NCBI GenBank assembly: GCA_910583985.1
Contig: CAJTYA010000013.1
Coordinates: forward strand, 6,655-70,654
Length of the DNA stretch: 64,000 nucleotides
Direction of reading: 5' to 3'
Source: an uncultured Alistipes sp.
GTDB lineage: Bacteria; Bacteroidota; Bacteroidia; Bacteroidales; Rikenellaceae
The notes under the pieces were generated by a model. The model saw only the letters and a list, made by a program, of their open reading frames with translations, was not told the DNA's origin and did not search any database. How positions within the stretch are numbered: the stretch's first letter is position 1; every line of letters starts with the position of its first letter. Position numbers and translations under genes: made by a program. Shown one piece after another: positions 61,698-64,000 of the stretch.

Positions 61698-62522
61698 ATG
61701 GACTTTTTCGCCGAGATCGCCCAATACCGATTCCTGTCCCACGCCGCGGCAGCCTGCCTGCTGTGCGGCGTAGCCTGCGGAATCGTAGGCACTTACGTCG
61801 TGTGCCGCCGGCTGGTATTCCTCAGCGGGGGAATCACCCATTCCTCTTTCGGGGGAATCGGGATGGCCTATTATTTCGGCGCCGACCCCATGTTGGGCGC
61901 CCTGCTGTTCGCCGTCGTCTCGGCGCTCGGCATCGAGGCCTTTTCCGTGGGCCGGCGCATCCGCGAGGATTCGGCCATCGGCCTGATCTGGTCGTTGGGC
62001 ATGGCCGTGGGCATCATCTTCATCTACCTGACGCCGGGCTACGCCCCGAACCTGATGAGCTTCCTTTTCGGCAACATCCTGAGCGTAAGCACTTCGGATC
62101 TGCTATGGATGGGGCTCGTGGACACACTGATCGTCGCCGTCTTCGCCCTGTTCTACCGCCCCGTGCTCTACGTGGCCTTCGACCGCGGTTTCGCCGCCAG
62201 CCAGAAGATGCCCGTGCGGACGGTCGGCTACGCGATGTCGGCATTGGTGGCCGTGACGATCGTCATGTCGATCCGCGTCGTGGGCATCGTGCTGCTCATT
62301 TCGCTGCTCACCATACCGGCCGTCATCGCCACGCAGATCGCCAAATCGTTCGGACGCATCCTGCCGCTGGCCGCCGCCATCGCCACGCTCGGCGCCTTCG
62401 CCGGCCTGTGGATCAGCTACCGCAGCGACATTCCCTCCGGGGCCTCCACAATATTTGTCCTCACCGTTACGCTTATTGTCGTAAAACTATTACCTTTGCG
62501 TACTTCCAAGCGCAGAAACTGA
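61698..62522 (+). CDS. Zn/Mn ABC transporter permease (ZnuB-like)
   Basis: GTYVVCRRLVFLSGGITHSSFGG, EDSAIG, LMSFLFGNIL, VGIVLLISLLTIP, PSGA. Confidence 0.9.
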   Translation: MDFFAEIAQYRFLSHAAAACLLCGVACGIVGTYVVCRRLVFLSGGITHSSFGGIGMAYYFGADPMLGALLFAVVSALGIEAFSVGRRIREDSAIGLIWSLGMAVGIIFIYLTPGYAPNLMSFLFGNILSVSTSDLLWMGLVDTLIVAVFALFYRPVLYVAFDRGFAASQKMPVRTVGYAMSALVAVTIVMSIRVVGIVLLISLLTIPAVIATQIAKSFGRILPLAAAIATLGAFAGLWISYRSDIPSGASTIFVLTVTLIVVKLLPLRTSKRRN

Positions 62523-62525
62523 CGG

Positions 62526-64000
62526 ATGAAGACAGTCCACAAACTCATACTGAAATCCTATCTGGGGCCGATGATCCTGACCTTCTTCATCGTGCTCTTC
62601 GTCTTCATCATGCAGTTCATGTGGCGTTACATCGACGAGCTCGTGGGCAAAGGGCTCGGACCGGATGTCATTCTGGAACTGATGATGTACGCCGCCGTCT
62701 CGGTCATCCCGATGGTGCTGCCGCTCTCCACGCTGTTCGCCGCCGTGATGACGATGGGCAACATGGGGGAAAACTACGAGCTGCTGGCGCTCAAATCGGC
62801 CGGCATATCGCTTCCCCGCATTATGCGTCCGCTCATCGTGCTGGTGTTTTTCATAGCCGTGGGCAGCTTCTTCGTGGCCAACGACCTGATTCCGCTGTCG
62901 AGCCGCAAAATGTCGGCCCTGATCTACGACATCCGCAACCAGAAACAGTCCATCGAATTCAAGGACGGTCTGTTCTTCAACGGCATAGACAACCTGAGCA
63001 TCCGCGTGGGGAGGCAGGACCCCAAAACCAAACTGCTGACCGACATCCTCATCTACGACACGCGCAAAGCCAACGGCGACATGACGACCACCGTCGCCGA
63101 TTCGGGTTACATCACGCTGTCGGACGACAAGAAATACCTGCTCGTAACGCTCTACGAGGGCGAGACCTACGAAGAGACGCGGAGCTACAAATGGTTCGAA
63201 AACAGCGAGCTGAGGCACAATATCTTCGGGGTGCAGAACATGATCGTCCCGCTGTCGGGATTCGACTTCGAGCGCACCGACCAATCGCTGTTCAACGGCA
63301 GCCAGACCAAAAACATCCGCGAACTGACCGTAGGGATCGACTCGCTGGAGAAACTCAGTGCCGAGACGACCAGCGCCTCCTACGACCCGTTGATTTCGTC
63401 GTTCATTTTCCCCTACGACAAGGCGCTGGCTACCGACACGATTCCCCGCAACGAACACATGGAACCGTTTTCGGCGGGCGAACTCATCGACACGCTCGGC
63501 ATAAGGGACCGCAAGGCCCTCTACGCCGAAGCGCTCGGCAAGGCCACCAGCTCCCGCAACTACTACTCGTTCGACGAAGCCACCTCGAAGGAGGCGCTCA
63601 CGCAGCTTTACAAGTATAAGGTCGACTGGCACAAAAAAATGTCGCTTCCGGTTTCGGTCATGATCTTCTTTCTGATCGGCGCACCGCTGGGAGCCATCAT
63701 CCGCAAGGGAGGGCTGGGCATGCCGGTCGTCGTGTCGGTGGGATTTTTCGTGATCTACTACATCATCACGATCACGGGCGAGAAGATGGCCAGAGAGGGT
63801 TCGTGGAACTCTTTTCTCGGCATGTGGATCGCCACGTTCATCCTACTGCCCATCTCCGTGTACCTGACCTACAAGGCCACCAACGACTCGAACCTGTTCA
63901 ACGCCGAATGGTATTCGGCGCGATACCGCAGGATCAAAGCGTTCTTCGGAAAGCTCAAGAGCGGAAAACCGGACCGCGAGCAGAAGGGGAGCGGCTCGCG
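62526..64000 (+). CDS. LptF/LptG family permease (runs off window end)
   Basis: Translated from the ATG at 62526: MKTVHKLILKSYLGPMILTFF..MQFMWRYIDELVGKGL..MTMGNMGENYELLALKSAGISL..HKKMSLP..IGAPLGAIIRKGGLG. Confidence 0.92.
   Translation, partial: MKTVHKLILKSYLGPMILTFFIVLFVFIMQFMWRYIDELVGKGLGPDVILELMMYAAVSVIPMVLPLSTLFAAVMTMGNMGENYELLALKSAGISLPRIMRPLIVLVFFIAVGSFFVANDLIPLSSRKMSALIYDIRNQKQSIEFKDGLFFNGIDNLSIRVGRQDPKTKLLTDILIYDTRKANGDMTTTVADSGYITLSDDKKYLLVTLYEGETYEETRSYKWFENSELRHNIFGVQNMIVPLSGFDFERTDQSLFNGSQTKNIRELTVGIDSLEKLSAETTSASYDPLISSFIFPYDKALATDTIPRNEHMEPFSAGELIDTLGIRDRKALYAEALGKATSSRNYYSFDEATSKEALTQLYKYKVDWHKKMSLPVSVMIFFLIGAPLGAIIRKGGLGMPVVVSVGFFVIYYIITITGEKMAREGSWNSFLGMWIATFILLPISVYLTYKATNDSNLFNAEWYSARYRRIKAFFGKLKSGKPDREQKGSGS

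Overview
High-GC Bacteroidota chromosomal window, most consistent with an Alistipes-like Rikenellaceae genome (inferred from gene content and TAnnTTTG -7 promoter boxes). It is mostly housekeeping: rho, kdsB, miaA, guaA, pheT, mdh, lepA, lysC-lysA, floA-nfeD, trkH, mtaB, a znuB-like permease, an lptF/G-like permease, tRNA-Leu(TAA) and tRNA-Gly(CCC). Accessory genes include a NamZ/GH20/AmiE-like peptidoglycan-salvage cluster, a bile-salt-hydrolase-family enzyme, two tandem uncharacterised GH-like paralogs, a GH78, an AraC-linked redox/detox cluster and several small surface or membrane proteins. I see no integrase, transposase, prophage, cas gene or CRISPR array. The most unusual signals are non-coding. 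(1) A ~73-91 bp repeat family has 7 copies in three tandem arrays (22.2, 38.9 and 60.1 kb). Intact units carry back-to-back promoter-like boxes (CAAATATA-N4-6-TATATTYG) followed by one or two covarying GC hairpins, mostly with GNRA/GAA-type loops, facing away from the downstream gene. (2) A ~165-170 nt long-hairpin leader with clear covariation lies between those arrays and membrane/surface-protein genes at two loci, with a possible diverged third copy. Also notable are an AraC-type tandem operator with identical geometry at two promoters, an HTH-ACT protein divergent from lysC-lysA, and an orphan-terminator sRNA candidate. All functional calls come from motif recognition by eye; no database search was run.
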